Shown piece by piece: positions 37,941-41,443 of a DNA stretch of 41,443 bases; the stretch's first letter is position 1, and each line of letters starts with the position of its first letter. The DNA comes from Nemertoderma westbladi (Eukaryota > Animalia > Xenacoelomorpha). The DNA lies in NCBI GenBank assembly GCA_032718475.1, contig JAUCBJ010006533.1, positions 1 through 41,443 on the forward strand, written 5' to 3'. The position numbers and the translations under genes are program-made. The notes beneath the pieces were generated by a model. The model saw nothing but the letters and a program-made list of their open reading frames with translations, was not told the origin of the DNA and ran no database searches.

Positions 37941-38777
37941 ATAAATAACTTATCACCTGTCATTACAAACATAATGAGATGGAGATTGAAGGGGCCTTTA
38001 TATCAAAACGATATCACTGAGTTGGCTGGAATATTATATACCGGCAGCCACACACGAAGGCCACGCAACAAAATTTAAAATAATTGACAGGCGTGAAAAC
38101 GTAATATGGCAGTATATCGAAAATGAGTGTATTTCAAACGATTATTCAAATCGATTAATTCAATGGCTCCCGTACCGTAGTACCAACTGTTGTCGGTTTT
38201 ATAGGCGGTCCAGTGTGCCACTTACTTACTGACTGACGGGCAACCTTATTGTTATTGGGAGGGGTTGCTTCTAATTACCCCCCCCCCCCCCCCCCCCCCC
38301 CCCATCCCCCAAACTTCTAACTTCCAACAGCAGTTTCCCGCCATTGATTAAGGGTTTTCTAGAAGATTTGGGGGATAATATGATGGCGGAAAATGTAATA
38401 TTTATTCCCCTTATGTTTCAACTAACGATATTATTTTCGTGTTCTACTGTGTTGGCCCTAAAATAATAAATATTTATTGGGCTGCTGGGGAGGCACTTAT
38501 GTTTGTTTGTGGGGTTAGGGTTTGTTGGTGATGTGCAAACCATAATTAAAGCAGTTTAATCTAATCTAATAAATTTTATGGAAGGGAAATTCCACCAAAT
38601 TTCTAAGATAGAGTCTAGCTTGGGTTTAAATACGGGGTATTCTTCACAGTGGCGTCCACGAGAGCGGAAGATATCATGTCGTTGACCCCCAGTTGTTTTA
38701 GCCTGCAGGAGACCCCAAATACGATAATACCACGTCTCGCGAACAATACGCCACGTTAAACAAAACACACCGCCAGC

Positions 38778-41443
38778 GTACCACAGATGGGTCCACGCAC
38801 CCCCTGAGTACCGCAGATGGGTCCACGCACCCACCGTGTACCCCAGATGGGTCCACGCACCCACCGTGTACACCAGATGGGTCCACGCAACCACTATACC
38901 GCAGATGGGTCCACGCACCCACTGTGTACCGCAGATGGGTCCACGCATCCCCGTGTACCCCAGATGGGTCCACGCACCCCCTGAGTACCGCAGATGGGTC
39001 CACGCACCCACAGTGTACCGCAGACGGGTCTAGGCACCCACCGTGTACCCCAGATGGGTCCACGCACCCACCGTGTACCCCAGATGGGTCCACGCAACCA
39101 CTATACCGCAGATGGGTCCACGCACCCCCGTGTACCCCAGATGGGTCCACGCACCCCCGTGTACCCCAGATGGGTCCACGCACCCACCGTGTACCCCAGA
39201 TGGGTCCACGCACCCCCTGTGTACCGCAGATGGGTCCACGCACCCCCTGAGTACCGCAGATGGGTCCACGCACCAACTGTGTACCACATATGGGTCCACG
39301 CACCCACTGTGTACCACAGATGGGTCCACGCAACCACAGTATACCGCAGAAGGGTCCACGCACCCCCTGAGTACCGCAGATGGGTCCACGCACCAACTGA
39401 GTACCGCAGATGGGTCCACGCACCCCCTGAGTACCGCAGATGGGTCCACGCACCAACTGAGTACCGCAGATGGGTCCACGCACCAACTGAGTACCGCAGA
39501 TGGGTCCACGCACCCCCTGTGTACCGCAGATGGGTCCACGCACCAACTGTGTACCGCAGATGGGTCCACGCACCCCCGTGTACCCCAGATGGGTCCACGC
39601 ACCCACCGTGTACCCCAGATGGGTCCACGCACCCACTGTGTACCACAGATGGGTCCACGCACCCCCTGTGTACCGCAGATGGGTCCACGCACCAACTGTG
39701 TACCGCAGATGGGTCCACGCACCCCCGTGTACCCCAGATGGGTCCACGCACCCACCGTGTACCCCAGATGGGTCCACGCACCCACTGTGTACCACAGATG
39801 GGTCCACGCAACCACAGTATACCGCAGATGGGTCTACGCACCCCCTGTGTAATGCAGATGGGTCCACGCACCCACCGTGTACCCCAGATGGGTCCACGCA
39901 CCAACTGTGTACCCCAGATGGGTCCACGCACCCCCTGAGTACCGCAGATGGGTCCACGCACCCACTGTGTACCACAGATGGGTCCACGCACCCCCTGTGT
40001 ACCGCAGATGGGTCCACGCACCCCCTGTGTACCGCAGATGGGTCCACGCACCAACTGTGTACCGCAGATGGGTCCACGCACCCCCTGTGTACCACAGAAG
40101 GGTCCATGCACCCCCTGTGTACCGCAGATGGGTCCACGCACCCACTGTATACCGCAGATGGGTCCACGCACCCCCTGAGTACCGCAGATGGGTCCACGCA
40201 CCCCCTGTGTACCGCAGATGGGTCCACGCACCAACTGTGTACCGCAGATGGGTCCACGCACCCCCATGTACCCCAGATGGGTCCACGCACCCACCGTGTA
40301 CCCCAGATGGGTCCACGCACCCACTGTGTACCACAGATGGGTCCACGCACCCCCTGTGTACCGCAGATGGGTCCACGCACCAACTGTGTACCGCAGATGG
40401 GTCCACGCACCCCCGTGTACCCCAGATGGGTCCACGCACCCACCGTGTACCCCAGATGGGTCCACGCACCCACTGTGTACCACAGATGGGTCCACGCACC
40501 CCCTGTGTACCGCAGATGGGTCCACGCACCAACTGTGTACCGCAGATGGGTCCACGCACCCCCGTGTACCCCAGATGGGTCCACGCACCCACTGTGTACC
40601 ACAGATGGGTCCACGCACCCCCTGTGTACCGCAGATGGGTCCACGCACCAACTGTGTACCGCAGATGGGTCCACGCACCCCCGTGTACCCCAGATGGGTC
40701 CACGCACCAACTGTGTACCGCAGATGGGTCCACGCACCCCCGTGTACCCCAGATGGGTCCACGCACCCACCGTGTACCCCAGATGGGTCCACGCACCCAC
40801 TGTGTACCACAGATGGGTCCACGCACCCCCTGTGTACCGCAGATGGGTCCACGCACCCCCTGTGTACCGCAGATGGGTCCACGCACCAACTGTGTACCGC
40901 AGATGGGTCCACGCACCCCCTGTGTACCACAGAAGGGTCCATGCACCCCCTGTGTACCGCAGATGGGTCCACGCACCCACTGTATACCGCAGATGGGTCC
41001 ACGCACCCCCTGAGTACCGCAGATGGGTCCACGCACCCCCTGTGTACCGCAGATGGGTCCACGCACCAACTGTGTACCGCAGATGGGTCCACGCACCCCC
41101 GTGTACCCCAGATGGGTCCACGCACCCACCGTGTACCCCAGATGGGTCCACGCACCCACTGTGTACCACAGATGGGTCCACGCACCCCCTGTGTACCGCA
41201 GATGGGTCCACGCACCAACTGTGTACCGCAGATGGGTCCACGCACCCCCGTGTACCCCAGATGGGTCCACGCACCCACCGTGTACCCCAGATGGGTCCAC
41301 GCACCCACTGTGTACCACAGATGGGTCCACGCAACCACAGTATACCGCAGATGGGTCTACGCACCCCCTGTGTAATGCAGATGGGTCCACGCACCCACCG
41401 TGTACCCCAGATGGGTCCACGCACCAACTGTGTACCCCAGATG
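38778..41443. repeat. GC-rich minisatellite, 29-30-bp unit GTACCGCAGATGGGTCCACGCACCCCCTGT, ~90 copies, runs off the window
   Basis: Directly visible; near-constant core CAGATGGGTCCACGCA plus a small set of variant linkers. Confidence 0.98.

Noticed and set aside
38556-41427. ORFs of up to 909 aa as real genes
   Set aside because: They lie almost entirely in the 30-bp minisatellite, occur on both strands in multiple frames, and switch peptide register at each 29-bp unit.

Overview
Eukaryotic (animal, probably invertebrate) genomic DNA, AT-rich between genes; nothing prokaryotic and no CRISPR. Two host genes lie on the + strand. One is an intronless, full-length crooked-neck/CRNKL1 (Clf1/Syf3) spliceosomal HAT-repeat gene (547-2556). 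The other is a three-exon Vax homeobox gene (18795-19731, 30221-30408, 33585-33872; 470 aa after splicing), which the ORF track splits into three pieces. The rest consists of decayed non-LTR retrotransposons (three RTE fragments, one probable RTE-X), several non-autonomous inverted-repeat elements and eight unrelated tandem arrays (units 6, 13, 23, 30, 37, 41, 43 and 43 bp) that cover roughly 40% of the window. The most striking feature is an ~8.6 kb 23-bp satellite filling Vax intron 1. It begins at the 3' tail of an RTE element, stops 50 nt before the 3' splice site, and carries branch-point-like CTAAC motifs on the sense strand, many followed by AGGT. I found no novel protein-coding system; the candidate novelties are structural and regulatory, and they remain hypotheses.
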